Positions 9,665-20,567 of a DNA stretch of 64,000 bases are shown here, piece after piece. The first letter of the stretch is position 1. The number at the start of each line of letters is the position of its first letter. The position numbers were made by a program, and so were the translations under genes. Below the pieces are notes generated by a model that saw only the letters and a list, made by a program, of their open reading frames with translations, was not told where the DNA came from and searched no databases. This stretch comes from Gemmatimonadales bacterium (GTDB lineage Bacteria; Gemmatimonadota; Gemmatimonadetes; Gemmatimonadales; GWC2-71-9), in assembly GCA_013694695.1 (NCBI GenBank), contig JACDBX010000084.1, positions 840 through 64,839 of the forward strand, given 5' to 3'.

Positions 9665-10800
9665 GCTGCCTCCTTGGCGAGCGCCACGGCTTTCGAGACG
9701 GCGGCGTCCATGTCGTTCATCGCGGCCATCCCGACGCTCTCGAGGATCTTGAACGCCTCGGCTTCGTTGGTGCCGGTGAGCCGGATCACGATCGGCACCT
9801 CGACCTTGAATTGCTTCGTCGCCGCCACGATCCCGTTGGCGACATCGTCGGTGCGGGTGATGCCGCCGAAGATATTGAAGAGGATCACTTTCACGTTGGG
9901 ATCGGCGGTAATGATCTTGAGCGCGTTGACCACCTTCTCCGGGTTCGATGAACCGCCGATGTCGAGGAAGTTGGCCGGCTCACCGCCGTAATACTTCACG
10001 AGGTCCATCGTCGCCATCGCCAACCCTGCGCCGTTGACCACGCAGCCGACATCGCCATCGAGCTTGATGAACGTCAGGTTGGCGCGGCGCGCCTGCACCT
10101 CGCTCGGCTCCTCCCCCGATTCATCGCGGAGCACCGCGAGATCCGGGCGGCGATCCAGCTCGTTGTCGTCGATGATGATCTTGGCGTCGAGCGCCAGCAC
10201 CTTGCCGTCGGGGGTGGTCACCAGCGGGTTGATCTCGGCCAGCGACGCCCCGTTCGACATGAACACTGTGTAGAGCTGGTGCATGATCCGGGTGGCGGCC
10301 TTGACGTGCGCCCAGTCGCGGTAGAGTGCCAGCGCGAGCGTCAGCGCCTGGTGCGGCTGCAGCCCGTAGCGCGGGTCGACCGCCAGCTTCGTGATCTTCT
10401 CCGGGGTCTTCGCCGCCACTTCCTCGATGTCGACGCCGCCGGCGTCGGACACCATGAAGACCGGGCGCTGCGTGGCGCGGTCGAGGATGAGGCCGACATA
10501 GCTCTCGGTGGCGATCTCGGCGGCAGGAACCACCAACACCTTGTTGACCACCAATCCCTTGATGGTCATGCCGAGTATCTGGGAGGCACATTCGCTCGCC
10601 TCTGCCGGGTTGCGGGCCAGCTTCACGCCACCGGCCTTGCCGCGCCCACCGACGTGCACCTGCGCCTTGACCACCACCGTTCCGCCAACCCGCCGCGCGA
10701 TTGCCTCGGCTTCGGTCGGAGTAGACGCGACGTCGCCGTCGAACATCGGGATGCCGGCGACCTTGAGCAGGTCACGGGCCTGGTATTCATGCAGGTTCAC
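9661..10800 (-). CDS. sucC: Succinyl-CoA synthetase beta subunit
   Basis: [12 protein letters not shown] matches the canonical MNLHEYQ N-terminus, with GTG at 10800 preceded by GAGG. The ORF-track TTG at 10869 adds 23 unlikely residues. The gene overlaps sucD by 4 nt. Confidence 0.93.
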   Translation of the reverse strand: MNLHEYQARDLLKVAGIPMFDGDVASTPTEAEAIARRVGGTVVVKAQVHVGGRGKAGGVKLARNPAEASECASQILGMTIKGLVVNKVLVVPAAEIATESYVGLILDRATQRPVFMVSDAGGVDIEEVAAKTPEKITKLAVDPRYGLQPHQALTLALALYRDWAHVKAATRIMHQLYTVFMSNGASLAEINPLVTTPDGKVLALDAKIIIDDNELDRRPDLAVLRDESGEEPSEVQARRANLTFIKLDGDVGCVVNGAGLAMATMDLVKYYGGEPANFLDIGGSSNPEKVVNALKIITADPNVKVILFNIFGGITRTDDVANGIVAATKQFKVEVPIVIRLTGTNEAEAFKILESVGMAAMNDMDAAVSKAVALAKEAA

Positions 10801-10918
10801 GCACGCCTCGGCGAGTTGCAGGAACGGCCCCGGACCGGGCGCGCCGATGGGCGCGACATGGTCCGGCAATTACCGGATACAGCCTTTGAAAGTAGCAAAG
10901 CTCGCGGACCGACGCTAC

Positions 10919-13282
10919 TTAAGGACGAGGAGCGACCAGGGCGTCCCGCAGCGCGTCGAGCGCCTGACCGAAACCGATGAGGTCACGCCGCGCGAGTGCG
11001 GAATCGGCTCGGTCCATCCACCGGCGTGCGGCGTCGAGCGCGGCCCCGTCCGCAGTACCCGAGGCCCCCTGGTTGGGCCGCGTCAGGAGCGTGATCCACG
11101 CCTCGTCCCGGCTTCGGCCCCCGGCGAACTGGGTCCCCAGGGCGGTACCGATCCAGAGCAAACCTCGGGGACCGTCGGCGGGCACCGTCACGACGGGTTG
11201 CCAGGCCGCCAGGCCGGCTGGGCCCGCGTGCCACCGCACCGTGCCGGCATACACCGTATCGCCGGCGGCGCGCGCCGAATCGCGGAGCTGCTGCACCGGG
11301 GCGAAGCGCGACCAGATGCGTTCTAGTTCACGTGAGTTCGGCGGCGCTGCGTGCGGGCCCGGGCGAATGAGTCGAAGGCGCGGCATGCCACCCACCCGCT
11401 GCGCGTCGACAATCGCCGAGACGGTGCGGCGCGCCGGATCCTCGAAGACGGCCTGGCGGGTCGGGCGGGAACCGTCCCAGACCACCACCGGTGCCTCCGG
11501 CGTATCCTCGGGGCTCCGTCGGCCCGGCCTCACCCCGGCACCCCACCGATCGAGGGACAACACCGACAACTGCGCCTCGAACCACTGGCGCGGGTACAGT
11601 ATCGCCTCCCGGGCTTCAGGCGGGATCGCCGCAGAGGGCTCGATCATCGGGCCGATGTAGCGCGCCCAGGCCAAGGCAAGCGAGTCGGCAGCGGGATCGC
11701 TGAAGATCCTTGTTGCACCGGTCCCCAGGTCGATCAACGCCAGGAATGCCGGCACCACTCCCGACACCGATTCGCCGTTCCAGGTGGCACGACGGGCGAG
11801 CGGGAACTCTGCCGTGGTGACGAACCCCTGCACCAACCATGTGGGCTCCCCATCGATCGGCACGAGGTCCGCCCCGCCCCACGTCGCCATCGGCACGAGT
11901 GCGCTCGCCCGATCGGAGGGGTCGAGGTGCCAGTCGACGCCGCCCTCGGGTTGGCGTGCAAGCATTCCCGCCGCCTGCCGAGCCCAGGCCAGTACCAGGC
12001 GCGACGCGAAGCCCCCCGACGGCACGGCGTTGGCTGGCCGCCACGCGGGGGCGTCCGGACGAACCCGGGCCGATCCGATCCCCGGCCACCGCCGGTCGGG
12101 TATCGGACCTGCCACCCCTGGCTCTGCCACATAACGCACCTGGAGCGCGCCCGCGTCGCCGCGCGAAACGGCAACGAGCCATGTGGCGGCGTTGGCGCTG
12201 TCAGGCGCACGGGGAGTCGCGGCCAGAAGGATCCCGTCCGCCTGCTCCGCCTCCCGGGCCAGCGTGGTTTCGTCCCAGACCCCGATGATGCGCGGGATGG
12301 AGTCGTCAGACGTGACTGCGGTCGAGTCGATGTGGAGCCCCCAGGCGACGGCATCGAGCGCCCTCAGCGCGTCGTTCCGTGCAGGCGCCGCCGCCGATGC
12401 CTCGGTAGCGAGCGCGGGAATCACGACCTGTTCGATCACTGCACCGAAGCCGAGCACGATCCATCCGGCCACGATGAGAGAATTGCGGCCGCGTACGACC
12501 CAGGTAAGGCACATCGCGGCCACGGCCAGGCAGGCGCCGGCCATTGCCTGCATTGCCGTCACCCGGGTAACGATCGCCACGGGGCCCAGCAAATCCGCGC
12601 CAACCGCAAGGCTGTACGGCGCGAGCAGGTATCCCGCGCCGATCACGAGCGCGAGCAGGGCGAGGAGCGTACCCAGGTGGCGGCGAGCGTCGGCGTGGAT
12701 GTCGAGTGCGCCGTCGACCCGCTTGATCGCACCGACCGCGACATACAGCACCGCGGCGATCGCGAGTCCGAGCGTGGCCAGGGTAAGCGCGAAGCGATGC
12801 GTCACGATCCAGAACGGGAGGTCGGCGACGTAGGTGCCGACATCGACACCGAGCACGGTGTCTCGGACGCCGTAGGCAACGCCCTGCCACGCAAGTGCCA
12901 CCGGCACCCTCCACGCCCGGGCGCCGGCTCCGGTGAGCACGCCGAGGAGGACGCCGGTTGCAATCGCTGCGAGGACCAGCAGGCGGCCGGGAATGGCCTC
13001 GCGCACGCGCAGGTTGCCGAGGTCGCGCTCCACCTCGACGGCGGCGATCGAGCGGGCAACGAGCAGTGCCTGCGCCGCGAACCAGCCGCTGGCGATCACG
13101 ATCGCCGCCGCGTCCAGGGCGAGCCCGAGCATCTGCCAGCGGGTCACGAATCCTGCTGCGGTCGGTGATATCGACGCGGCCCACCATCGCTCCGCGACGG
13201 CCGCGACCGTCCAGCGTCCGATCACCAGCGCCGTGACCACCAGGATTGCCCCGACGATGAGTCGCCGGGTTCGTATAGTCAC
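10919..13282 (-). CDS. Large polytopic membrane protein, divergent UPF0182-like
   Basis: 787 aa. The N-terminal ~290 aa form multiple hydrophobic helices, followed by a large soluble region with a YPRQWFEAQ-type segment reminiscent of UPF0182. Family assignment is by recollection only. Start codon is GTG, 4 nt after the phosphomannomutase stop. Confidence 0.5.
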   Translation of the reverse strand: MTIRTRRLIVGAILVVTALVIGRWTVAAVAERWWAASISPTAAGFVTRWQMLGLALDAAAIVIASGWFAAQALLVARSIAAVEVERDLGNLRVREAIPGRLLVLAAIATGVLLGVLTGAGARAWRVPVALAWQGVAYGVRDTVLGVDVGTYVADLPFWIVTHRFALTLATLGLAIAAVLYVAVGAIKRVDGALDIHADARRHLGTLLALLALVIGAGYLLAPYSLAVGADLLGPVAIVTRVTAMQAMAGACLAVAAMCLTWVVRGRNSLIVAGWIVLGFGAVIEQVVIPALATEASAAAPARNDALRALDAVAWGLHIDSTAVTSDDSIPRIIGVWDETTLAREAEQADGILLAATPRAPDSANAATWLVAVSRGDAGALQVRYVAEPGVAGPIPDRRWPGIGSARVRPDAPAWRPANAVPSGGFASRLVLAWARQAAGMLARQPEGGVDWHLDPSDRASALVPMATWGGADLVPIDGEPTWLVQGFVTTAEFPLARRATWNGESVSGVVPAFLALIDLGTGATRIFSDPAADSLALAWARYIGPMIEPSAAIPPEAREAILYPRQWFEAQLSVLSLDRWGAGVRPGRRSPEDTPEAPVVVWDGSRPTRQAVFEDPARRTVSAIVDAQRVGGMPRLRLIRPGPHAAPPNSRELERIWSRFAPVQQLRDSARAAGDTVYAGTVRWHAGPAGLAAWQPVVTVPADGPRGLLWIGTALGTQFAGGRSRDEAWITLLTRPNQGASGTADGAALDAARRWMDRADSALARRDLIGFGQALDALRDALVAPRP

Positions 13283-13286
13283 CTGC

Positions 13287-14654
13287 TCACCCCGCGCCCT
13301 GTGCCCGCAGCCAGTCCATCACCTCGGCGTGGTGCGCGTCGCGGCCGGCCGCGGTAGTGGCCTCGAAGCGCAGCACCAGGACCGGCTGCGTGTTCGACGC
13401 GCGCAGCAACCCCCAGCCATCGGGATACTCGATGCGGACCCCGTCGATCGTGCTGACCGGATATAGTGCCGCGAAGTGCGCCGATGCCGCCTCCACCAAC
13501 GCGAACTTCCGCTCATCAGGACAGTCGACACGCAGCTCGGGCGTGGTGAACGTCTCGGGAAGGTCGGCAAGAAGCGCCGCCAGTCCGCCGCGTCCGCGTG
13601 AGACGATCTCGAGAAGTCGCGCCGCCGCGAAGAGGGCGTCGTCGAATCCGAACCAGTCACCACCGAAGAAGATGTGGCCGCTCATCTCACCCGCCAGTGG
13701 CGCCGATTCGGCCTTCATCTTCGCCTTGATCAATGAGTGGCCGGTCTTCCACATCACCGGTCGCGCACCGGCAGCTTCGAGTGCCGTCGTGAGCACCGAC
13801 GAGCACTTCACATCGAAGATCACCGGGACGCCAGTGCCGAACCGCTGCACCGCGTCGCGACCGAAGAGCACCAGCAGCTGGTCGCCCCATACCGGTGTGG
13901 CCTCCTCGTCGACCGCGCCGATGCGGTCGCCATCACCATCGAACGCGATCCCGAGTTCAGCGCCGTGCATTCGCACCGCATCCTGCAGGTCGACGAGGTT
14001 CTCGACCACCGTGGGGTCGGGATGGTGGTTCGGGAAGGTCCCATCCGATTCGGCAAAGAGCGGGATGATCTCCGCACCGAGCGCGCGAAGCGTCTCGATG
14101 GCGATGAGCGACGAGACGCCGTTGCCGCAATCGACCACCGCCTTGACGGGGCGCTCGAGCGCGTGCCGCTCGACGATGGCGTCGCGATAGCGGCGGAGGA
14201 TCGAGTCGTCGGTCAGCTGGCTCCCGTTGCCAGTCGCGTAGCGCTCGGTGGTGATCAGCTCCCACAGCTCCTGCACCGCTGGCCCGTGAAGGGAGTCGCC
14301 GCCGACCACCATCTTGAAGCCGTTGAACTCGGGCGGGTTGTGCGACCCCGTCACCTGTACGCCGCCATCGGTGCCGAGCGCCTCGATCGCGAAATACAGC
14401 GCGGGGGTCGGCACCATCCCGACGTCGATCACGATGGCGCCCGTGGACACCAGGCCGTCGCGGAGTGCGGTCGCCAGGGCGTCACCGGAGGGGCGGTTGT
14501 CGCGGCCGACGGCGAGCCGGGGCGCGCGGCCGATCTGCGCGTGCGCCAGCGTTCCAATCGCTTGCCCGAGGTGGGTGGCGAACTCGGGGGTGAGCTGGCT
14601 GCCGACCAGGCCGCGCACGTCGTACTCGCGAAAGATCGTGCGGGTGATGTTCAC
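13287..14654 (-). CDS. Phosphomannomutase/phosphoglucomutase
   Basis: FREYDVRG, the active-site loop VTGSHNPPEFNGFK, the metal loop FDGDGDR, and GEMSGH. Confidence 0.92.
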   Translation of the reverse strand: MNITRTIFREYDVRGLVGSQLTPEFATHLGQAIGTLAHAQIGRAPRLAVGRDNRPSGDALATALRDGLVSTGAIVIDVGMVPTPALYFAIEALGTDGGVQVTGSHNPPEFNGFKMVVGGDSLHGPAVQELWELITTERYATGNGSQLTDDSILRRYRDAIVERHALERPVKAVVDCGNGVSSLIAIETLRALGAEIIPLFAESDGTFPNHHPDPTVVENLVDLQDAVRMHGAELGIAFDGDGDRIGAVDEEATPVWGDQLLVLFGRDAVQRFGTGVPVIFDVKCSSVLTTALEAAGARPVMWKTGHSLIKAKMKAESAPLAGEMSGHIFFGGDWFGFDDALFAAARLLEIVSRGRGGLAALLADLPETFTTPELRVDCPDERKFALVEAASAHFAALYPVSTIDGVRIEYPDGWGLLRASNTQPVLVLRFEATTAAGRDAHHAEVMDWLRAQGAG

Positions 14655-14667
14655 GAATTGCTCCAGT

Positions 14668-16167
14668 TCAGCGCGTCATGACCGGGGTCGCGATCCGGCG
14701 GAGTTGCACCGCCTCCTGCGTCGCGAAGTCGAGCACGGTATTGGGCCAGATTCCCAGCACCAGGATCGCCACCACGCAGATCGCGACGGCTAGCTTCGCC
14801 GGGCGCGGGAAGCGAATGGTCTGGTGGGCCTGGCGGGTGCGCGTCGGCTTGAGCGTCATCGCGAGGACGATCGGCAGGTAGTAGCCGATCGAGATGCCGC
14901 TGCCGATCATCGCCACCACCGCGAGGACGACCTCGCCCTGTGCCAGCGTCGCGGAGATCAGGTACCACTTGCCGATGAACCCGAACGTTCCCGGAAAGCC
15001 GAGCAGCGAGAGCATGCAGACGCTCAGGCCGAGTGAAGCGAATGGCCGGACGGAATACAGTCCCTCGAGGTCGGTGATCAGCACGGTGCGCGCTCCCGCC
15101 CGCTCGATCGATGCGAGGATGCCGAAGGCCGCGACGGTCGTCACGGAATATGCCAGGAGGTACACCAGCACTGCGGCGGTGCCCTCGTCCGAGTGGGCCC
15201 AGAGTGCCAGGAAGAGATAACCGGCGTGCGCCACGGCGCTGTACGCGAGCATCCGCTTGATCGATGTCTGCGCGAGTGCCACGAGGTTGCCCACGAGGAT
15301 CGTGACGATCGCGAGCCCCCACACGATCGGGCGCCACAGATCGACGTATGCCGGGAATGCCTCGGCGAGTACGCGGGCGAGAGCCAGGAAAGCCGCGGCC
15401 TTGACGCCGCTCGCCATGTAGGCCGTCACCGGTGTGGGAGCGCCCTCGTACACGTCGGGGGCCCAGGCGTGGAACGGCACCGCCGCCACCTTGAACCCGA
15501 AGCCGATGAGCAGCAGGCCCATGCCGAGCTTCGCCATCAGGCTGGGCTCGGTGGCGGCGAACTGGGCGCCGATCAGCGTGAGGTTGAACTGGCCGGTGGC
15601 GCCGTAGATCAGCGCGATGCCGTAGAGCAGGAACCCGGTCGCGAACGACCCGATCAGGAAGTACTTCAGCGCGGCCTCGGCCGACGCGCGGCGGGTCCGG
15701 TCGTAGCCCGCGAGCACGTACACCGAGATCGACATCACCTCGAGGCCGAGGAAGAGCGTGATCAGGTCGGCCGCGCCGGCGAGAAGCATCATCCCCACCG
15801 TGGCGAGCATCAGCAGCACATAGTACTCGGGAGCGAGGATCCCCTGGCGCTCGAGCCAGCGCAGCGACAGCACCGCGACGGCGCCGGCGATCCACAGCAG
15901 CAGTGCATCGCTCGCGAAGCGGAAGCCGTCGAGCGCGATCATCTGTGACAGTCCGTCGGCGTGTGCGCCGCGCCACGCCAGCCACGTGGTCGCGAGCAGC
16001 GCCAGGACATAACCGACGATCGACAACAGCCCGACGAAACGGGAGTCGCGTGCGGTACGGTGTCGCCACGCCACCACGAGGAGCACCACCAGCGCCCACG
16101 CGGTGAGGACCAGCTCGGGAAGGAGCGCCACGAGCGCGCCGACCGGGGTGGAGAGGTCGACCGGCAT
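14668..16167 (-). CDS. nuoN: NADH-quinone oxidoreductase subunit N
   Basis: A 499-aa polytopic antiporter-like subunit, last gene of the nuo array. Confidence 0.9.
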   Translation of the reverse strand: MPVDLSTPVGALVALLPELVLTAWALVVLLVVAWRHRTARDSRFVGLLSIVGYVLALLATTWLAWRGAHADGLSQMIALDGFRFASDALLLWIAGAVAVLSLRWLERQGILAPEYYVLLMLATVGMMLLAGAADLITLFLGLEVMSISVYVLAGYDRTRRASAEAALKYFLIGSFATGFLLYGIALIYGATGQFNLTLIGAQFAATEPSLMAKLGMGLLLIGFGFKVAAVPFHAWAPDVYEGAPTPVTAYMASGVKAAAFLALARVLAEAFPAYVDLWRPIVWGLAIVTILVGNLVALAQTSIKRMLAYSAVAHAGYLFLALWAHSDEGTAAVLVYLLAYSVTTVAAFGILASIERAGARTVLITDLEGLYSVRPFASLGLSVCMLSLLGFPGTFGFIGKWYLISATLAQGEVVLAVVAMIGSGISIGYYLPIVLAMTLKPTRTRQAHQTIRFPRPAKLAVAICVVAILVLGIWPNTVLDFATQEAVQLRRIATPVMTR

Positions 16168-17729
16168 CAGTGGGATCCCCCCGCCCCGGTCGCGGGATGT
16201 TGCATCGCCGCGGCGGGAAGGTGTGGCTGCACCATCTCGATGTAGCGGCGGGCCGCACCCTCGGTGCGACGGAGCAGCGGGCCGGGATAGAGGCCGATCC
16301 AGAACATCGCCAGGATCAGCGGCACCAGCACCGCCAGCTCGCGGCGAGTGAGGTCACCGATCGCCTCGTTGAGCGGATTGGTCATCCGGTTGAAGAAGAC
16401 CCGCTGGGTGGCCCACAGCATGTACGCGGCAGAGAAGACCACGACCGTGGTGGCGACGCCGACCAGCACCGGGTAGCGACCGAACGCGCCGATCAGCACG
16501 AGAAACTCGCCGATGAATCCGTTGAGCCCGGGCAGGCCGATCGACGAGAAGGCGGTGATCGTGAATGCCGCAGCCATGAGCGGTGCGGCCTTCGCGAGCC
16601 CGCCGAAATCGGCGATGTTGCGGGTGTGCCGACGCTCGTACAGCATGCCGATCAGGAAGAAGAGCGCTCCGGTCGACAACCCGTGGGAGACCATCACCAG
16701 GATCGCACCCTGGACGCTCTCGACCGTGCTGCCCCAGATCCCCAGCATCACGAAGCCGAGATGGCTCACCGACGAGTATGCGACGAGACGCTTCAGGTCG
16801 GGCTGCACCATCGCCACCAGCGCGGCATACACGATCCCGGTGACCGCCAGCGTGGCCATCACCAGCCCCACTGTCTCCGAGAGTGCGAAGGTCGGGAAGA
16901 ACGGGATCGCGAAGCGGAGGAAGCCGTACGTTCCCATCTTGAGCAGGATCACCGCGAGGTCGACCGAGCCGGCAGTGGGCGCCTCGGTGTGCGCGTCGGG
17001 GAGCCAGGTGTGGAACGGGAAGAGCGGCACCTTGACCGCGAACGCGAGCGCGAACGCGACGAACAGCCAGCCGGCCCACGGCTGCATCAGCGCGGCGTGT
17101 TCCAGCAGGTGCTCGTAGGCGAACGAATAGGTGCCCGTCCCCTTCCCCACCGTCCACACCATCCAGACGATCGCCACCAGCATCAGCAGCGAGCCGACGA
17201 AGGTGTAGATCACGAACTTGGTGGCCGCGTACAGCCGGTTGTTGCTGCCCCAGATGCCGATCAGGAAATACATCGGGATCAGCAGCAGTTCCCAGAAGAA
17301 GTAGAACAAGAAGAGGTCGGTCGAGACGAACACGCCGAGCATGCCGGTCTTCAGTGCCAGCAGAAGGGTGTAGAAACCGCGCTGCTTCTGGTCGATCCCG
17401 CGCCAGCTTCCCCACACCACCAGCGGCATCATGATCACCGACAGCAGTACCATCAGCACCGAGAGGCCATCGATGCCGACCCGGTAGCCGATGCCGAAGC
17501 GGCCGATCCAGTCGACATCGGTAACGAACTGCAGCGCCGGGTTTGACGGATCGAACGCCCACCAGATGCCGAGACCGAGTACCAGCTCGGTCAGCGCGAC
17601 CGTGAGCGCGATCCAGCGGGCCATGTGCCGGGGGAAGACCAGGATCAGCGGCATGCCAAGGAGCGGCAGGCCGAGCAGCACCTGGAGGATCCAGTGCTCG
17701 TAGCCGATCGACGCGAGAAAGGAGGTCAT
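16167..17729 (-). CDS. nuoM: NADH-quinone oxidoreductase subunit M
   Basis: An antiporter-like subunit with the HTWLPDAHTEAPTAGS motif, positioned between nuoL and nuoN. Confidence 0.92.
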   Translation of the reverse strand: MTSFLASIGYEHWILQVLLGLPLLGMPLILVFPRHMARWIALTVALTELVLGLGIWWAFDPSNPALQFVTDVDWIGRFGIGYRVGIDGLSVLMVLLSVIMMPLVVWGSWRGIDQKQRGFYTLLLALKTGMLGVFVSTDLFLFYFFWELLLIPMYFLIGIWGSNNRLYAATKFVIYTFVGSLLMLVAIVWMVWTVGKGTGTYSFAYEHLLEHAALMQPWAGWLFVAFALAFAVKVPLFPFHTWLPDAHTEAPTAGSVDLAVILLKMGTYGFLRFAIPFFPTFALSETVGLVMATLAVTGIVYAALVAMVQPDLKRLVAYSSVSHLGFVMLGIWGSTVESVQGAILVMVSHGLSTGALFFLIGMLYERRHTRNIADFGGLAKAAPLMAAAFTITAFSSIGLPGLNGFIGEFLVLIGAFGRYPVLVGVATTVVVFSAAYMLWATQRVFFNRMTNPLNEAIGDLTRRELAVLVPLILAMFWIGLYPGPLLRRTEGAARRYIEMVQPHLPAAAMQHPATGAGGSH

Positions 17730-17732
17730 CGA

Positions 17733-19703
17733 CTACCGGGCCAGGGTGCGAAGGATGATGACCGCGCCGACCGCGAACATCGCGACGTAAAAGGCGACCT
17801 GGCCATTCTGGAGGCGTGACCCGAGCCAGCCCAGCCCCTGGGTGACGCGCGCGATCCCACCAACCGCGATGCGATCGACGATGAACTGGTCGATGCCCTT
17901 CCACAGCACCCGAGTCGAGAACCACATGAGCGGGCGCACCACGAGAAAATCGTAGATCTCGTCGATGTGATACTTGGCAGCGAGCAACCGTGCCAGCCCG
18001 CGTTCTGGCGGCTGGTCGGCCGGGAGTGCCACCGGGCGTGCAAGGGTGAGGCGAATTCCGGCTGCGAGACCGATCACGGCGGCGGCGATCGCCCCACCGA
18101 GAAGGAGGAATTCGGTCATGCCGTGGGGATGCGCGAGTGGCATGGCGAGGGCCGTCACAGGCCTGAGGACCGGCTCGAGCCAGTGCTCGAGGAAGTGCGA
18201 GCCACCGGCGAATGCCGGCAGGTTGAGTCCGCCGCCGGTGACGCTGAGGATGCCCAGCACGACCAGCGGACCGGTCATGATCCACGGCGCGTCATGCAGG
18301 TGCGGTTGCATCGCGTCCCCGCCCCGGAAGCGCCCCATGAAGGTCATGGCCATGAGCCGGGCCATGTAGAAAGCGGTCATGAGGGCGGCAGCCAGTCCCA
18401 GCGCCCAGCTCGCGAGATACACCGGGCTCACTTCGCCGCGCGCAAAGGCCGCCGCGAGGATCTCGTCCTTGGAGAAGAAACCGGCGAACGGTGGCACCCC
18501 CGCGATCGCGAGCGTGGCCAGGCCCATCAGCAGGAAGGTCCATGGCATCGCGCGCCGGAGACCCCCCATGTTCCGCATGTCCTGGCCGTCGAGTTCCGAA
18601 TGCGCCGCATGCTGGGCGTGGTGCATCGCATGAATCACGCTCCCGGCGCCCAGGAAGAGCAGCGCCTTGAAGAAGGCGTGCGTGACCAGGTGGAAGATGC
18701 CGGCGGTGTAGGCGCCGGTGCCCACGCCGATGAACATGTAGCCGAGCTGGGAAACGGTCGAATACGCCAGCACTTTCTTGATGTCGTACTGGCGCAGCGC
18801 GATCGTCGCCGCCAGGAACGCCGTGAGTGCGCCCGTGAGTGTCACCACCAGTTGCGTGACCGGCGACATCGTGAAGAGCACACCCATCCGCACGACGAGG
18901 AAGACCCCGGCGGTGACCATGGTCGCGGCGTGGATCAGCGCCGACACCGGTGTCGGACCCGCCATCGCGTCGGGGAGCCAGACGAAGAGCGGGATCTGTG
19001 CCGACTTGCCGGTGCAACCGAGAAAGAGGAAGAGCGTGATCGCCGTGACCACGGTGCCGCCCAGGGGCAGCAGCGCCGGGGCACGCTCGGCGATGGCACC
19101 GAAGTCGAGCGTCCCCACGTGCCACCAGAGCATGAACATCGCGATCAGCACGCCAAAGTCGCCGATCCGGTTGGCCAGAAACGCCTTCTTGCCCGCATCG
19201 GCGTTGGCCTTGTCGTCGAACCAGAACCCGATCAGCAGATAGGAACAGAGCCCGACGCCCTCCCACCCGATGAACGACACCGGTAGCGAGGCACCGAGTA
19301 CCAGCACCAGCATGAACGCGACAAACAGGTTCAGGTAGGCGAAGTAGCGGGCGTAACCCGCGTCGGCGCGCATGTAGCCCACCGAGAAGAGATGGATGAG
19401 CGAACCCACGCCGGTGATCACGAGCAGCATCACCACCGAGAGGCGGTCCACCACCAGGGCAAGGTCAATGTTCAGCCGTTCGGTGACCGGCATCCATCGC
19501 CACAAATGCACCGTGGTGGCCGCGCCGTCGCCGCGGGCAGCTTCGAGGGCAACCATCACCGCAACGGCGAAGGCCGCGACCAGGGTGCCCACCCCGATAA
19601 ACGAAACCGCGGACTTCCAGGTGGGGCGCGCCACCGCGATCGCGCCGTTGAGGATCGCCCCGAGGAGCGGGAGCGCCACCGCGAGCCAGATCAGATCGGT
19701 CAC
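17733..19703 (-). CDS. nuoL: NADH-quinone oxidoreductase subunit L
   Basis: Motif WLPDAMAGPTPVSALIHAATMV. I trimmed the start to GTG at 19703 (VTDLIWLAVALPLLG), 4 nt after the nuoK stop. Confidence 0.92.
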   Translation of the reverse strand: MTDLIWLAVALPLLGAILNGAIAVARPTWKSAVSFIGVGTLVAAFAVAVMVALEAARGDGAATTVHLWRWMPVTERLNIDLALVVDRLSVVMLLVITGVGSLIHLFSVGYMRADAGYARYFAYLNLFVAFMLVLVLGASLPVSFIGWEGVGLCSYLLIGFWFDDKANADAGKKAFLANRIGDFGVLIAMFMLWWHVGTLDFGAIAERAPALLPLGGTVVTAITLFLFLGCTGKSAQIPLFVWLPDAMAGPTPVSALIHAATMVTAGVFLVVRMGVLFTMSPVTQLVVTLTGALTAFLAATIALRQYDIKKVLAYSTVSQLGYMFIGVGTGAYTAGIFHLVTHAFFKALLFLGAGSVIHAMHHAQHAAHSELDGQDMRNMGGLRRAMPWTFLLMGLATLAIAGVPPFAGFFSKDEILAAAFARGEVSPVYLASWALGLAAALMTAFYMARLMAMTFMGRFRGGDAMQPHLHDAPWIMTGPLVVLGILSVTGGGLNLPAFAGGSHFLEHWLEPVLRPVTALAMPLAHPHGMTEFLLLGGAIAAAVIGLAAGIRLTLARPVALPADQPPERGLARLLAAKYHIDEIYDFLVVRPLMWFSTRVLWKGIDQFIVDRIAVGGIARVTQGLGWLGSRLQNGQVAFYVAMFAVGAVIILRTLAR

Positions 19704-19707
19704 GCCG

Positions 19708-20004
19708 TCAACCCTTGAGCAGGTTGAGCTGGGTGAGATCAACCGTCTGGGTGTGCCGGAAGATCGCGAGGATGATCGCGAGCCCGACGGCCGCCTCGGC
19801 CGCCGCAACGGTCATGACGAAGAACACCATGATCTGCCCGCTCATTCCGTGCACCTGCGCCAGCGCGATGAACGTCAGGTTCACGGCGTTGAGCATCAGT
19901 TCGATGCACATGAACAGTACGATCGCGTTGCGCCGGATGAGCACCCCGGCCACGCCGATGGCGAAGAGGACGGCGGACAGGGCCAGTGACGGTCCGAGGA
20001 GCAT
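19708..20004 (-). CDS. nuoK: NADH-quinone oxidoreductase subunit K
   Basis: The last 98 aa of the 296-aa ORF ([26 protein letters not shown]...ELMLNAVNL) form a typical 3-TM NuoK. The upstream ORF extension overlaps nuoJ in another frame. Confidence 0.92.
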   Translation of the reverse strand: MLLGPSLALSAVLFAIGVAGVLIRRNAIVLFMCIELMLNAVNLTFIALAQVHGMSGQIMVFFVMTVAAAEAAVGLAIILAIFRHTQTVDLTQLNLLKG

Positions 20005-20567
20005 CAGAGCCTCTTCTTCGCGAGGACAACGGCGCCGATCGCGGCCGCCAGGAGGAGGACCGAGGTGATCTCGAACGGGATGAGGTAAGCCTGAAAGAGC
20101 GGCTCCGCGATGCCGCCGACCACACCGCGGCTCGCGGTCGCCGCGCGAGCGGCCGCGCCCTCGGGGAAGACCAGCGACGGGTCGACCCCCAGAGGCATGG
20201 TCGAGATCTCGTCGGCGAGGCGCTGCACGCTGTACCCGCGCATCACCAGGAGCTGCGCACCGAGCACCAGCGCGGCGCCGACGCCGACGACCCAGCCGTA
20301 ACTCCGGCGCATCGGTCCGATCTCGGCGTCGACGTTGAGCAACATGATCACGAAGAGGAAGAGCACCATCACGGCCCCGGCGTACACCAGCACCTGAATC
20401 GCCGCGATGAACTCCGCGTTCAGGAGCACGTAGATGCCGGCCAAAGCGAACATCGTCGACACCAGCCACATTGCCGACGAGATCGGGCTGCGCCGGGTGA
20501 CGCACACCAGCGCCGACACCACTGCCCACAGGGCGAAGACCCCGAAGACGAGCGTGACGACGTCCAC
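20004..20567 (-). CDS. nuoJ: NADH-quinone oxidoreductase subunit J
   Basis: 187-aa membrane protein in the nuoI-J-K position. Confidence 0.88.
   Translation of the reverse strand: MDVVTLVFGVFALWAVVSALVCVTRRSPISSAMWLVSTMFALAGIYVLLNAEFIAAIQVLVYAGAVMVLFLFVIMLLNVDAEIGPMRRSYGWVVGVGAALVLGAQLLVMRGYSVQRLADEISTMPLGVDPSLVFPEGAAARAATASRGVVGGIAEPLFQAYLIPFEITSVLLLAAAIGAVVLAKKRL

Noticed and set aside
10890-10920. 7-bp inverted repeat AAGTAGC/GCTACTT overlapping the stop of the UPF0182-like gene, considered as a terminator
   Set aside because: The stem is short, the loop is 17 nt, and no U-tract follows on the minus strand. It is too weak to call.
14651-18285. Long alternative-frame minus-strand ORFs (14651-16258, 16354-18285) inside nuoN/M/L
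   Set aside because: They are same-strand off-frame translations rich in Arg/Pro/Gly. The TM-rich frames match NuoN, NuoM and NuoL.
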